Virus record (IMG/VR): IMGVR_UViG_3300045996_002876
Span: 32,001 to 96,000 of that record
Origin: a virus
Strand: one strand, 5' to 3'
DNA: 64,000 nt
The notes below the pieces were generated by a model. That model searched no databases and was not told the origin of the DNA. It worked only from the letters and a program-made list of their open reading frames with translations. Positions 45,516 through 56,072 of this stretch are shown one piece after another. The number at the start of each line of letters is the position of its first letter. The stretch's first letter is position 1. A program made the translations under genes and the position numbers.

Positions 45516-46013
45516 TTAGACCTTTCTGCCCTTGCGGGGCTTAACAGGTTTGGTGAGGACTTCGATTCCGGTAAGTCCTCGAATAATCCGATTTCTCAAG
45601 GTCGACGCCTTCTTGACCAAACAGCGGGGGTCTTTCAGCCAACCTTCGACGGACTTCGTCTCCCCGAAAGCCGTCACCGTCCACTTCCGGAAGACGTCTT
45701 GGGCCCTGCTCGAGTTGGCCGACATGGTTCGCCAGTGGCAGTTTTCGGGGCAATAGTCCCTGTCCGATCGCTCACGGTCTATGGTGAGCCCCTCGTGGTA
45801 CCCGGAGGATTCGGCCCACTCTCGGAATTCGACGAAGGCCCTCCAGGCGTCACACACTTTCACGCCCTTGGCACCGTACCAACGATAAGCCTTACAACTT
45901 TCGTGGTGACACCTCTTGATCATCGCGTGCCAGACCCAGTACAGCTTGGTCGCGGACCCGCCGTGGGCGCCGGGGCGACTAAACCCTTTCCGGTCTTTTG
46001 GGATCCCGCTCAC
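45516..46013 (-). CDS. HNH-like homing endonuclease
   Basis: HG..KLY..W..MIKRC..YGAKGVKVC..W..F..LTIDR..Y.PENCHW; lower GC. Confidence 0.8.
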   Translation of the reverse strand: MSGIPKDRKGFSRPGAHGGSATKLYWVWHAMIKRCHHESCKAYRWYGAKGVKVCDAWRAFVEFREWAESSGYHEGLTIDRERSDRDYCPENCHWRTMSANSSRAQDVFRKWTVTAFGETKSVEGWLKDPRCLVKKASTLRNRIIRGLTGIEVLTKPVKPRKGRKV

Positions 46014-46015
46014 CT

Positions 46016-47902
46016 CTAAAATTCCTCGTACGGCGGGGCCTCGTGCCCGGCGAACTTCGCCTTCCGCTCCTCGAGCCAGGCCCGGACGTCGTCCGACGGG
46101 GCGACGGCCAGGAGGGCCTGCCAGGGGTCGCGGGGGAGGCCGTTGATCCGGTCCGTCGGCCAGGCGGTGGCCACGTGCAGGAGGTTGTCCCACAGGAGGG
46201 CCCAGGGGACGATCTTCTGCGGGTCGGTCGTCCCGGCCGCCAGCCGGCACTCGACCGTCCCCCGCCGCTTGCCCACCAGGGTCCGGTCCCGGCCCCGGCG
46301 GTCGAGGGTGTCCTTCGGGGTGTAGAAGTGGGCGTGCAGGTTGAGGGCGTAGTACCGGGCGGTGGCGTAGTGGTCGCGGGCCTGCTCCAGGTAGGCGGCC
46401 CCGGTCCGCCGCGGGCAGGGCTCGGTCGCCAGCAGGTTCCCGTCGGCGTCGAACCGGTCGATGACCCGGTTCAGGCTCGTACTCCCGAGCCCGCCGTAGA
46501 CGGCCAGCCGGGCCAGGTGGCGGGTCCGGGCCTTCTGCCGGCCCCGGACGGCCTTCTCCGGGCACCCCCAGTACACGTACTTGTCCGGCTTCACGAGGTA
46601 GGCCCGGACGGCGGCCAGGAGCTTCTGCCCGCACTTCTCGCAGAAGTTCTTGCCGTCCCGGGTGTACGCGGAGTTCCGCCGCCGGCTGTCCGGGACGGCC
46701 AGGAACAGCCCGTCCTCGACGCGGGCGTACACCTCGACCAGGCGGAGGATCTGGGCCGAGCTCAGGTCCCGGCTGTCGGCGTGGACGTGCAGGCCGCACC
46801 GGGCGTTCACCCAGGCCCCGGCCGCCCGCAGGCTCCGGCACACGTCCTCCACCTGGTCGATAAACGGCTTGCCCCGGGCCGGGGACAGGTTGATCTCGAA
46901 CCCGGAGGGCGGGAGGCTCCCGTCGTACACGACCGAGGCGTTCCAGCGGGCGCAGGCGTCGGCCACCCGGTGGGCCCGGCGGGCGTCCTTGAGCCCCCCG
47001 ACCTCGAGCTCGACCGACAGGTACCGGCGGGGGCCGCCGCCGGCCAGGGCCCGGCGGTGGGCGGCCCGGAGGGCGGCCAGGGGGGCCTCCTCGCGGGCCA
47101 GGGCCTCGGCGTAAGCCCACCGGTCGACCGGGTCGGCCCGTCGCTGTTCCCGGCGGAACTTCTCGGCCCGCTGTTCGACGGCGGCCGGGTCGGGCGGGTA
47201 GAAGGTCAGGGGCCGGCGGATCCAGTCGGGGCGGGTCGAGGCGTACGCCCGGCGGTCCTCCCGGTGGGCCTCGGCGGCGTGGGTGTCGTGGTCCTGGCCC
47301 GGGCGGAAGACGTTGGCCTCCGGGGGCGGGAGGGCGGCCGGGTCGAGGGGGGCGCAGGTACAGGCCGGGAGCCGGCACTCCGGGCAGCACCGGCAGGTCG
47401 TCCGCTGGCACCGGGGGCAGCAGTCGCAGGCCGCCGGGTACCGGGACGCGTGCCCGCAGACCCGGCAGGCGAGGTACCCGTCGGCCCGCCGCCGGTACCG
47501 GGCCGCGTCGAACGAGCCCGGCGGGTTGATGGCGGCGGCCGGGTCGTGGGCCGGGGCCGGGCGGCAGGCCGGGCAGGCCCCGCCCGCCAGGGGCTCGTCA
47601 CACCCGGGGCACCGGGGGCAGTCGCAGTCCTCCGGGGTGTTCGCGCAGGTGTCACACGCCGGGGCGGACTCTTCGTCCTCGTCCGGGTCGTCTTCGTCGC
47701 CCTCCCACGCGTCGTCGGCGTAGAGGTCGTCCTCGTCGTCGACCGGGGCGGCGGGCGTCTCCGGGATCGGCATGGGGGACTCCGGGGGTTGGGGGAGGAT
47801 GAAAAACCGGGGGTCGACCGGGATCGCCAGGTCCGCGAACTCGACCTCCCACGGGCCGCTCGTCGTTGTAACCGCGGTCCAGGCGTTCGGCGTATCGGGC
47901 AC
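46016..47902 (-). CDS. Putative amidoligase (COOH-NH2 ligase type) with acidic/Cys-rich N-terminus
   Basis: VELEV, DGSL..GFEI..SP, CGLHVH, RYYALN, TVECR; next to GATase II. Confidence 0.85.
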   Translation of the reverse strand: MPDTPNAWTAVTTTSGPWEVEFADLAIPVDPRFFILPQPPESPMPIPETPAAPVDDEDDLYADDAWEGDEDDPDEDEESAPACDTCANTPEDCDCPRCPGCDEPLAGGACPACRPAPAHDPAAAINPPGSFDAARYRRRADGYLACRVCGHASRYPAACDCCPRCQRTTCRCCPECRLPACTCAPLDPAALPPPEANVFRPGQDHDTHAAEAHREDRRAYASTRPDWIRRPLTFYPPDPAAVEQRAEKFRREQRRADPVDRWAYAEALAREEAPLAALRAAHRRALAGGGPRRYLSVELEVGGLKDARRAHRVADACARWNASVVYDGSLPPSGFEINLSPARGKPFIDQVEDVCRSLRAAGAWVNARCGLHVHADSRDLSSAQILRLVEVYARVEDGLFLAVPDSRRRNSAYTRDGKNFCEKCGQKLLAAVRAYLVKPDKYVYWGCPEKAVRGRQKARTRHLARLAVYGGLGSTSLNRVIDRFDADGNLLATEPCPRRTGAAYLEQARDHYATARYYALNLHAHFYTPKDTLDRRGRDRTLVGKRRGTVECRLAAGTTDPQKIVPWALLWDNLLHVATAWPTDRINGLPRDPWQALLAVAPSDDVRAWLEERKAKFAGHEAPPYEEF

Positions 47903-47974
47903 GGCGGGCCTCCGGTGGGGGACAAACCCGGCGGCGGCACAAGCCGCCGCCGGGTTACGGACACTCGGGGTTCG

Positions 47975-49044
47975 TCAGCTGACCCGCACGTGGGCCGCCG
48001 GGTGGTAGGTCACCGTCTGGTGCTTGAGGGCGGCCACCGCCCCGTCGGCCAGGCGGACGCCGCGGCACGGCTTCTTCAGGGTCACCCCGTAGTCGTCGCC
48101 GGTCTTGCGGCCGACCAGGCTGGCCCGGACGTACAGCTCGCCGTTGAACTCGAACGCCCCGCCGACGGGGACGTCCTTGGCCTTCATGGCCGTCGGCTGG
48201 GCGGGGGCGGCCACCGGGGCCGGGGTCACGGTCTTCATTCACAGGTCCTTTCGAAAGGGGTCAACAACGCACGCGTGTGGGCGGGACACCCGCCCGTGCT
48301 TCACTTTGGTCTCAGGGGGCCGGGCAGGCCCCGGTCAGGACGGGGTTCACGACCCGGCGGCCGGTGTTGGCCCGGTCCAGGGAGTCGGGGCTGAAGTCCG
48401 TCAGGTCGACGACGGGAACGCCGCTCGCCTGCGTCCCCCAGTGTCGGGTCAGGACGAGGTACAGGCGGGTGTCCAGGTCACGGCGGAAGACGTCCCCGGG
48501 TTTCAGATCCCCGGCCCGGACCGCGAGTTCGAGGGAGATCTCGACCTTCACGGGAGCTCCCCGGTCAGGGTCGGGTTCTGGACCTTAACGACCGGCGTGT
48601 CGGAGTTCAGCCGGGCGGGTTTTTTGGCCGTCAGGTCGAACACCCGCTGGTGGTCGTCGGCCTCGGGGTACGAGAACACCAGGTAGTAGGTGTCGGAAGG
48701 CTCGTGGTACACCACGTTCCCCTGGGCCATGGTCCGGAGGCGGTGGCGGCGGTCCTTGCCGTGGCGGATGTCAAGTCTCATCACTGGCCCTCGGGGCAGA
48801 GGCGGGCGGCGACGACGGTGACCATCTCGTCCGCCGCGATGAGCTGGACGATGTCCGCGGCCACGTTCAGGACGGCTCGCGTGCGGCGGCCGCGGGAGTA
48901 CTCGCTCAAGAGGATCTCGACGGCGGCGCACCACCGGGGGACGTAAAACACTTCCCGGTTCTTGGCCACACAGAACCCGCCGTCCGGGACGTCGCCGAGG
49001 CGGACCTGCGGGGGCGTGGCCAGGAGCTTGGGGTCGACCTTCAT
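47975..49044 (-). other. Tandem array of four small paralog-like genes (47975-48238, 48312-48551, 48548-48781, 48781-49044)
   Basis: 77-87 aa; shared D[LV]xxG..[FY] motif. Confidence 0.65.
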
Positions 49045-49382
49045 CACCAGCCCTCCGCGTCGTACAGGTTTGCGATACAGGAAACGTGCTTGCACTTTCG
49101 CCCCTGCCCGTGCTCGAAGGCCGGGCACGAGCAGGCCCATTTTCCGGCCCAGTCCCGCTCGACCCGGTAGGCCCGGCGGTCCATGCCGTCGGACCAGGCC
49201 AGGAGGATTCCCGCGTCGGTCAGGGCCGCCCGGTACCGCCGGGACAGGCCGGCGGCCGTCCCGATCACCACCTCGCCGGGCTCGGCCTCGGAGGGCCGCC
49301 GGGCCCAGTGCCAGGCCGCCCCCTTAGGTTCTACCGCGGGGTTCTTGACAGTCAAGGATTTAGTCTGAGTTTTTCTGAACAT
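49044..49382 (-). CDS. SWIM zinc-finger protein (start uncertain)
   Basis: YRV..WACSCP..CKHV. Confidence 0.78.
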   Translation of the reverse strand: MFRKTQTKSLTVKNPAVEPKGAAWHWARRPSEAEPGEVVIGTAAGLSRRYRAALTDAGILLAWSDGMDRRAYRVERDWAGKWACSCPAFEHGQGRKCKHVSCIANLYDAEGW

Positions 49383-49488
49383 ACCAGGCACCTCCCGCCC
49401 CGACCGGCCACTTTGCCCCGTGGGTAAACGGCGACGCCGGGCGTGTGAGGCACGCCCGGCGTCGGGGGAGGGTCGGGTTGAGGGGAGG

Positions 49489-49956
49489 TCAGTCGTGACA
49501 GTACTCGGACACCTCGACGGCCCCGGGGCGGATCGTGACCTCGACGTGGTTCCCGAACATGCCCCGGTAGTCCTCGTCACCCAGAGAGTCGAGGAGGGCC
49601 TGGATCGGCAGGCAGGCCTGGGCCCGGGGGTCCTTGTCCCGCTTCTCGACGTACGGCCCGTAGGTCGAGGTCAGGAAGTTCCCCTCGAACGCGGCCTCCT
49701 CGTCGTCCGGCTCCTCGGGCGACGCCCGGTCCGAGAACAGGTACTCGGCGTCGTCGTGATTGGATCTGAAAATACACTCGTCGCCGTCATTGAAGTACGG
49801 CGTGTACATCGTGAAACGCACGCCGGTCAATCCGGGGACGGTCGCCATCTTCTCCTGGATGGCCTTCACGAACGGCTCCTTCAGGCCGTCCTTGAGTTCG
49901 TCGATCTTCTTCCGCATGGCGACGATGTCGGCCAGGCGGGCTTCCAGCTCACTCAT
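49489..49956 (-). CDS. Conserved phage protein
   Basis: YTPYFNDGDEC..MFGNHVEV..EYCHD. Confidence 0.75.
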   Translation of the reverse strand: MSELEARLADIVAMRKKIDELKDGLKEPFVKAIQEKMATVPGLTGVRFTMYTPYFNDGDECIFRSNHDDAEYLFSDRASPEEPDDEEAAFEGNFLTSTYGPYVEKRDKDPRAQACLPIQALLDSLGDEDYRGMFGNHVEVTIRPGAVEVSEYCHD

Positions 49957-50191
49957 GGACTTCGATCTCCTTGAGCTCGAACCCGACTTCGTACGGGCCG
50001 TCGTAGCTCTCGATGGGGTAGCGGTTCTTGGGGTCGGCTTGCTCGGCCCGGAAGGTCGCGTTGAGGCGGTCGAGTTCGGCTTCGGCCCGGCCGCGGTCGG
50101 CGAACCCGGTGGTCGGGGCGTCGTAGTTCTCGGCGCTGTAGCACTGGTCGTTGTACTCGTAGGCGATCGGAACGATGACGTAGGCCTTCAC
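49949..50191 (-). CDS. Hypothetical protein
   Basis: YEYNDQCY motif; GTGA overlap. Confidence 0.6.
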   Translation of the reverse strand: MKAYVIVPIAYEYNDQCYSAENYDAPTTGFADRGRAEAELDRLNATFRAEQADPKNRYPIESYDGPYEVGFELKEIEVHE

Positions 50192-51018
50192 GCAGAACCT
50201 CCTTGGCCGAAGTTGTTGGTCGCCGCCACGGCCCTCTCGTACTTCCGGGGAAGGTAGACAGTGGCCCGGCGGTAGAGTTCGGTTATTACGGATCGGGCGA
50301 ATTTGTCCGAGGTGCCGAACTGGAAGATCGAGTAGTGCGGCCGAATCCTCGAGCGACACCCCGTGAGTCGGACGCAGTATTCGCGGAAGGCATCTACGAT
50401 CGGAAGGCTTCCGACCAGGCCGACCTTGTACTGGCGCCGGCCGTCGTGGACCCCGAGAGAGATGTATCCGTCACCGTCTACCAGCCCCCGAAAGTAGTCT
50501 TTGCGGAGGTAGTCCGGTATCGTCCCCTTCTGAGGGGGCGATAGGGTCAGTGACTTCCTGGGGGTGACGCCCAGTGAGATCAGGCGTTCGACCATGTGTG
50601 GACTGCTGAAGGCCACCTGGTACGCCTGTTTGGCGTTGGCGTACCCCCTGCCGAGCTTGACTTTTGTGATGGTGTTCTTACACCCCAGGTGGGACCGAAA
50701 GACACTCAGGTGGTCTAAGTCCCGCTCGGACAACGACAGGCTTACGGTGTTCTTGGTTCTCCATTTGTCGGTGTTCCTGTACACGCACCCGTCCGCCGTT
50801 AGGAAGCCCAGCCAGTAGGCCTTCTCCGGGGCGTCGATCGCGTCGAAGTAGGTGTGGTGGCACGAGCCGACTTCTCGTGGGCGGCACGTTCCGAGAACGG
50901 TCCGGACGGCGTGGTAGGCCGTGGCAAGAGAGCATCCGAACTTGGCGACCAAATCGTTCAGGGAGGCTCCCCCGGAATACTCAGCGGCCAGAGCCTCGTA
51001 GTCGTACTTCTTCGCCAG
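50188..51018 (-). CDS. Double-motif LAGLIDADG endonuclease with N-terminal HTH; probable CTG start
   Basis: KAYWLGFLTADGC and FRGLVDGDG; lower GC. Confidence 0.85.
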   Translation of the reverse strand: MAKKYDYEALAAEYSGGASLNDLVAKFGCSLATAYHAVRTVLGTCRPREVGSCHHTYFDAIDAPEKAYWLGFLTADGCVYRNTDKWRTKNTVSLSLSERDLDHLSVFRSHLGCKNTITKVKLGRGYANAKQAYQVAFSSPHMVERLISLGVTPRKSLTLSPPQKGTIPDYLRKDYFRGLVDGDGYISLGVHDGRRQYKVGLVGSLPIVDAFREYCVRLTGCRSRIRPHYSIFQFGTSDKFARSVITELYRRATVYLPRKYERAVAATNNFGQGGSA

Positions 51019-51019
51019 G

Positions 51020-51520
51020 TTAGTCCTTATCTGTCGTCTTGGTGGCGGTCGTCTTTTTGGTGGCCGCGATCCGGCTGAAGGACGGTGGGTGCCCGAGGCC
51101 CGCCATCCAATTCTTGAACTCCATGTCCTGGAGGAAATCCTGGGCCGTCGGGATGTACCCACGGAGGTCTTCCTTGATATGCTGCTCGCCTACCTCGCGG
51201 GTGGAGACGGCCTTTATGTACCCCTGGCGGACCAGTTCCCGCTGTTCGATTTCGATCTGGATCTTCAGGTTCCGGACCTTCGCCAGGTGGAGTTCCAGGA
51301 TGGCCCGGTGGTCCGGCTTGGCGGGGATCAGGACCTCGTGCCCGAGGGCCCGCTCCAGGACGGTCGAGAGGAACCAGGACTGGTGGGTGAGGGCCCGGTG
51401 CCTGTTGTCGGGGAGCGACCCCTTGCTCGAGTCGAGAAAGTCGTGTACCGGAAGGTACGCGGAGGGTTCGCCCCCGAACTTCCGGGCGGACGACTCGGCG
51501 TGGATAATTGGCTTGGCCAT
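51020..51520 (-). CDS. DUF6915-like protein
   Basis: HAESSARKFGG..HDFLDSSK..RHRALTH..EQHIKEDL..IPTAQDFL. Confidence 0.75.
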   Translation of the reverse strand: MAKPIIHAESSARKFGGEPSAYLPVHDFLDSSKGSLPDNRHRALTHQSWFLSTVLERALGHEVLIPAKPDHRAILELHLAKVRNLKIQIEIEQRELVRQGYIKAVSTREVGEQHIKEDLRGYIPTAQDFLQDMEFKNWMAGLGHPPSFSRIAATKKTTATKTTDKD

Positions 51521-52573
51521 CAGTCGATCTCCAGGACGACGGGGCCGTGGACGTGGGCGGAGCACAGGACTTTGAACCGGGGGTCGCCCTCGACCTTCTC
51601 GGCGATGAAGTCGTCCAGACCCAGGTCGTCCTCGGGCTCCCGTTCGTCGTTCCACTCGCGGGCCATCTCCTCCAGGGCGTCCAGGTCCGTCTCGTCCTTG
51701 ACGCCGACGATCCAGGGGGTGTAGGTGGGGTCCCCGTAGGAGGGGACGACGGCGGCGAACCGCCAGCTCTCGACGTTCATTCGGTCTCCTCCGGGTCGTA
51801 CTCGGGCGGGGATCCGGCGGCCCGCCACCAGTCGGCGGGGTCGTCCCCAGGCCTCGGGGCGGGCTCGGCGTCGGCCCCGAACCAGTCGGCCGGCGGGCCG
51901 GGCGGGGCCTCGAGGGGGCGGGCGTCGGAGAGCCCGCGGGCGTACCCGGAGGCCCGGCCGGCCAGCCAGCCGAGGCCGGCGAACAGGGCGGCGACGGCCA
52001 CGAGGCCGATGGCGATGGGCACGGCGGGCTCCTTACAGGAGGGCTTCTTCAATCTCGGACCGGAACGGGACCCCGGGTTCGTCGGCGGCCTCGAAGACGG
52101 CCGCCCGGACGAGTTCGAGCAGGCCGAGGGCGTCGGCCATTCCCTTCCCCTCCCAGTTCCTGAACCGCCGGCCCGTCCGGTCCTCGACCAGCACGCACAG
52201 CGGGCAGGCCGGGTAGTCGTCGGCGTCCAGCCGGCTCTTGTGCCGGATCCGCCCGGACGGGATGTAGACCTCGGCCTCGCCGAAGGGGGTGTCCATGTCG
52301 GCCACGCCGAACTGGCCCTTGTACGGCCGCAGGGCGGCCAGGACGTCGTCGAAGGTCATGGGTCCCTCAGTCCAGGGTTTCGATGGTGATCCGGACCTTG
52401 CGGCCGGCGAAGTCGGTCAGGGCGTTGGCCCGCGGGCGGGGCAGGCACTCGATCACCTCTTCGCCGTCGACCGCCAGCCCGTACCGGGTGTCCCCGTCCA
52501 TGCCGGCGTCGACGTACCAGTGGGTTTCCAGACGGCCCTCGTAGACGACCCGGACTTCTTTCTTCACGCTCAC
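51520..52573 (-). other. Four small hypothetical genes (51520-51780, 51777-52022 membrane, 52033-52359, 52367-52573)
   Basis: Tight operon packing. Confidence 0.55.
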
Positions 52574-53037
52574 GAGAACACCTCCGGGAGCTCCTGCCCC
52601 GCCCCGGCCGTGTACGGCACGGCCGGGGCGGCCTCGAGGGCCCGCCGCCGATCGAGCTCCAGACCCAGCTCGAACCCGAGCTCCCGGAGGACCTCGTTCC
52701 GCGGGGCGTCGTCAAACCAGTTCAGGAGCCACCGGCAGGCGGCCGCCTCCCCCAGGGCCTGGTCGGCGTCGAAGCAGGCCCGGGCGAAGAACTCCTCGAC
52801 ATCGCCCACGGTCTCACACGCCGGGTCGGTGCCCCCCTTCCAGCCGCACCACCCGATCAGGCAGGCGGCCTCGCACGGCCAGTCCTGCACGCCCATGAGC
52901 GGGGGCGGGGTGGTCGTGCTCCCCTGGGTGAGGCGGGGGTCGTCGCGCTCGACGGCCCCCCGGAGGGCCTCCAGTCCCGCCGTCGGGAGGTGGGGGAAGA
53001 AGCCTTCGCGCAGGACGACCCGCCAGGATTCTGCCAT
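52570..53037 (-). CDS. Conserved hypothetical protein resembling a planctomycete family
   Basis: ESWRVV.REG..GLEAL..DDPRLTQGSTTTPPPL..WPCEAAC..TVGDVEEFFARAC..CRWLLNWFDD. Confidence 0.7.
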   Translation of the reverse strand: MAESWRVVLREGFFPHLPTAGLEALRGAVERDDPRLTQGSTTTPPPLMGVQDWPCEAACLIGWCGWKGGTDPACETVGDVEEFFARACFDADQALGEAAACRWLLNWFDDAPRNEVLRELGFELGLELDRRRALEAAPAVPYTAGAGQELPEVFS

Positions 53038-53080
53038 CGTCGGTCTCCGGTTGGGGGCGGGCCGGCCGGGCCCACTTTGG

Positions 53081-53581
53081 TCAGACGGCCACGCCCCGGG
53101 CGGCCAGTCGGGCCAGGCCGACGGCCAGGTACTCCTGGCACAGCCGGACGGACCGGAACCCGATCCAGCTCGGGTTCTTGTGGGTGACCACCTCGGCCGT
53201 GTGCAGGAAGGGGTCCCAGGAGTCCCCGGCCGGGGCCGGGAGGGCGGCCGCGACGGCCTCGAACAGGGGGTCCGGGAGGTCCTGCGACCGGCCCAGGGGA
53301 TCGTACCCCCGGCCCATCAGGTAGGCCGGGAACTGGCCGTCCCGGAGGTGGGCCGCGTTGTCCAGGTGGGGGCACTTGCCCCGGTCGGCCAGCCACCGGA
53401 GGGCGGCGGCGTACTCGGGGTCGCCCTCGAGATCGACCCAGTCGGCGTAGACCCGCCGGGCGTCCTGGTCGGGCGGGACCCGGCGGAGGGCCGTTTCGTG
53501 CAGGCGACTCCGGTAGGCCCGGCGGCGGAACAGTTCGGCCGGGAGGACGACCCCTTCGGGCGGGAGCGGGGGCGGGGGCAT
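53081..53581 (-). CDS. TIGR02996-like domain protein
   Basis: PDQDARRVYADWVDLEGDPEYA. Confidence 0.65.
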   Translation of the reverse strand: MPPPPLPPEGVVLPAELFRRRAYRSRLHETALRRVPPDQDARRVYADWVDLEGDPEYAAALRWLADRGKCPHLDNAAHLRDGQFPAYLMGRGYDPLGRSQDLPDPLFEAVAAALPAPAGDSWDPFLHTAEVVTHKNPSWIGFRSVRLCQEYLAVGLARLAARGVAV

Positions 53582-53593
53582 GTCAGTCTCCGG

Positions 53594-54495
53594 TCAGGCG
53601 GTTTGGGGCACGCACGGGGCCGGATTCGCGAGTTCCAGGACCTTCGCGCGCAGGGCGTGGTTGTCCCGCACGACCTGGTTCTTGGCCTCGACCAGGGCGT
53701 TCAGGCGGGCCAGGACCTCGGCACACTGGGCCGGGGTCAGGGTCAGGGGGAGGCCCCAGGCGGCGTGGGCTTCCAGGGCCTGGAGGGGGGTCACGACGGG
53801 TCCTCGTCGGGGTCGGCCCGGAACGGGTTCTCGGCGGCCGGGGTGACGAGCCAGCCGGCCACCGCCAGGGCGAGGACGACCGGGGCCAGGAGGACGGCGA
53901 GCAGGCGGGCCGGGGTCACGGGGCCTCCTTGGCTGGGGCGTAGGAGACGGTCACGTCGACGGGAATGACGGGGTAGTCGGTCCGGAACTGGATCGTTTTT
54001 CGGGCGTTGTGGTGGAAGGCCAGAAAAGAAAACGCGGTCCGGTCGGTCGACTCCGTTACGACGCGGGTGTACACGTCGAGCCCGTAGCGGAAGCTGCTCC
54101 CCTCGGGGACCTCCCTCGCCAGGATGGGGCTCTGGGCCTCGTTCTCCACGATGTTGTACCGGGTCTTCACGGGGCCCTCCTGGGGCGACTGGGGTTTAGG
54201 AGCCGGTCCGTTCGCGGGTGTACTCGGCCCGCGTGCGGGCGGGGTCGGTGGCCGACCCCGCCCGGTATTTTTGTTTGGCACTTCGTCTCATGAATATCTC
54301 CGGTCAGGGGTACGCGGGCACGGTTTCGACCCGGGCGGCCAGGGCCCGGGCGACCGGGTCCAGGGTGTGCTCGACGGCGGCGGCCAGGGCGTCGTACTCG
54401 TCGGCCCCTTCGAGCTCGTCGAGGGCCAGTTCCAGGGTTTGCAGGGCGGCCTCCAGCAGGCGGGCGGCGCGGGCGTAGTTCCTCTCGTCGGGCAT
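53594..54495 (-). other. Small hypothetical genes (53594-53794, 53916-54170 paralog family, 54304-54495)
   Basis: 63-84 aa protein-like ORFs. Confidence 0.55.
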
Positions 54496-54496
54496 G

Positions 54497-54979
54497 TCAG
54501 CCGCCCACCCACACGTACCCCTGTTCGGGGAGGTCGCCCGTCCGCTCCTCGGGCTTGATGTCGGCCGCCCGGATTACCAGGACGTCAGGTTGATTCAGGT
54601 ACTGGTCGAGGGTGTGGTAGCCCTTCGAGGCGAGGATTGGGGTATCGACCTCGTACCCGGGAGGCGGGGCCTCCCCGTCTTCGAGGTACAGCTTCCTCCG
54701 GATGGTCGGGTCGTCGTTGGCGAACAGCCCGCTCGACCGGCGGGGCGTTTTCAGGTTCCGACACCCGCGGTGGAACCCGGTCAGTTGGGCCAGGTCGTCG
54801 TGGGACGAGACCGAGTAGTCCGCCCCACAGCACGTGCAAGACACCCGGTCGGGGCTGTGGCCGAAGCGGTTGTAAAAGATCAACCGGGCCTCCGCCTCGG
54901 GGGCCTCGATGTAGCAGTGGGTGAAGTTTTCCTTCCGCCCGCCGCCTGAATTCATGTCCCAGAAGTGGGTCCATGTCAT
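54497..54979 (-). CDS. Conserved phage hypothetical protein
   Basis: FWDMNSGG..YIEA..FYNRFGH.P.RVSCTCCGADY. Confidence 0.7.
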   Translation of the reverse strand: MTWTHFWDMNSGGGRKENFTHCYIEAPEAEARLIFYNRFGHSPDRVSCTCCGADYSVSSHDDLAQLTGFHRGCRNLKTPRRSSGLFANDDPTIRRKLYLEDGEAPPPGYEVDTPILASKGYHTLDQYLNQPDVLVIRAADIKPEERTGDLPEQGYVWVGG

Positions 54980-55060
54980 TTCTGAAGTCTCCGGGCCGGG
55001 CGGGTAAATTCCCACCGGGTGATTTTGGGCTCGCCACCGACACGCGTCACTTTGTCCGGC

Positions 55061-55534
55061 TCACCACAGGTCCTCGGCCCCGGCGGGCAGGCGGTAGGCG
55101 AACCGGATCCCGTCCTCGTCTTCAAAGTGGCCGGGCAGGAGGCGGGTGGCCACGAAGTCCTGGGCCCGCAGGAACAGCTGGGCGTCCAGGCTCGTCTCCG
55201 GGACGGTCAGCCCCAGGCGGGTCCGGCGGTGGCCGGCCAGCTTGCCCTTGAGCTTGTCGAGGAGCTGGGTCCCGACCCCCTGCCGCCGGCGGTCCGGGCG
55301 GACGGCCAGGGTGAGGACCTCGAGCTTCGTCTTGTGGGGCGAGTAGACCACGTGGCCGACCAGGTCGTCCCCGGCCTCGGCCACCATCCCGATCGTGTTC
55401 CGCTCCCGGAGGGCGTCCAGGAAGTTGTTCTCGGTCCACCGGTCCGGGGCGGTGTCGGCGATCGGGAGGACGAACGGCATGTCCCTTCTAATCATCCAAC
55501 GGATGTGCGTACGAAGGTGGGGTTTGGTCAGCAT
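55061..55534 (-). CDS. RimI-like GNAT N-acetyltransferase
   Basis: HIRWMIRRDMP..RNTIGMVAE..LAVRPDRRRQGVGTQL..AQLFLR..F. Confidence 0.88.
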   Translation of the reverse strand: MLTKPHLRTHIRWMIRRDMPFVLPIADTAPDRWTENNFLDALRERNTIGMVAEAGDDLVGHVVYSPHKTKLEVLTLAVRPDRRRQGVGTQLLDKLKGKLAGHRRTRLGLTVPETSLDAQLFLRAQDFVATRLLPGHFEDEDGIRFAYRLPAGAEDLW

Positions 55535-55676
55535 GTCACCCTCGTGGGTTGGGTCCGGAGGCGGATGTAGTCCCGGACGATCTGCATGAGGGCCCAGTCG
55601 TCCCCGCTGAAGGGGTCGCCCTCCTTCAGGAGCCGGGCCTCGAGGTCCCGGGCGGAAGTCAGGAGTTCGTCGTCGG

Positions 55677-56072
55677 TCACGTCTTGGCCCTCCGGTACCC
55701 GACCCGTACGGCCACCTCGCCGGGGGCGGTGTCCTCGAACAGCAGGGGCAGGGCCCCCAGGTTGGCCCGGACGACCGGGACGCCCTGGGCGTCCCGCGAC
55801 CGCCGGCCGTAGGCGATCCCGACTTCTTTTCCGGTCTTCAGGCACTTGACCAGGACGTCGTGGGTCTGGAGGTCGACCACGTCCTCGGCCCAGCGGCACC
55901 ACAGGAGGTCCGACCGGCTCCGGAGGACCAGGAGGGCGGCCCCGTACGGGCCGACGGCCTCCCCGCGGGCGGTCACCGCCAGCCGGGCGATGGTCTGCCC
56001 CACAAAAAAAGGGGGCCGTCGGGCCGTACGGCCCGACGGGTTCAGGTTACTGGGCACGCTCTTGGGAGTCAA
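55677..56072 (-). CDS. Hypothetical protein (start uncertain)
   Basis: Protein-like C-terminal part; 5' part overlaps a promoter and hairpin. Confidence 0.45.
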   Translation of the reverse strand: MTPKSVPSNLNPSGRTARRPPFFVGQTIARLAVTARGEAVGPYGAALLVLRSRSDLLWCRWAEDVVDLQTHDVLVKCLKTGKEVGIAYGRRSRDAQGVPVVRANLGALPLLFEDTAPGEVAVRVGYRRAKT

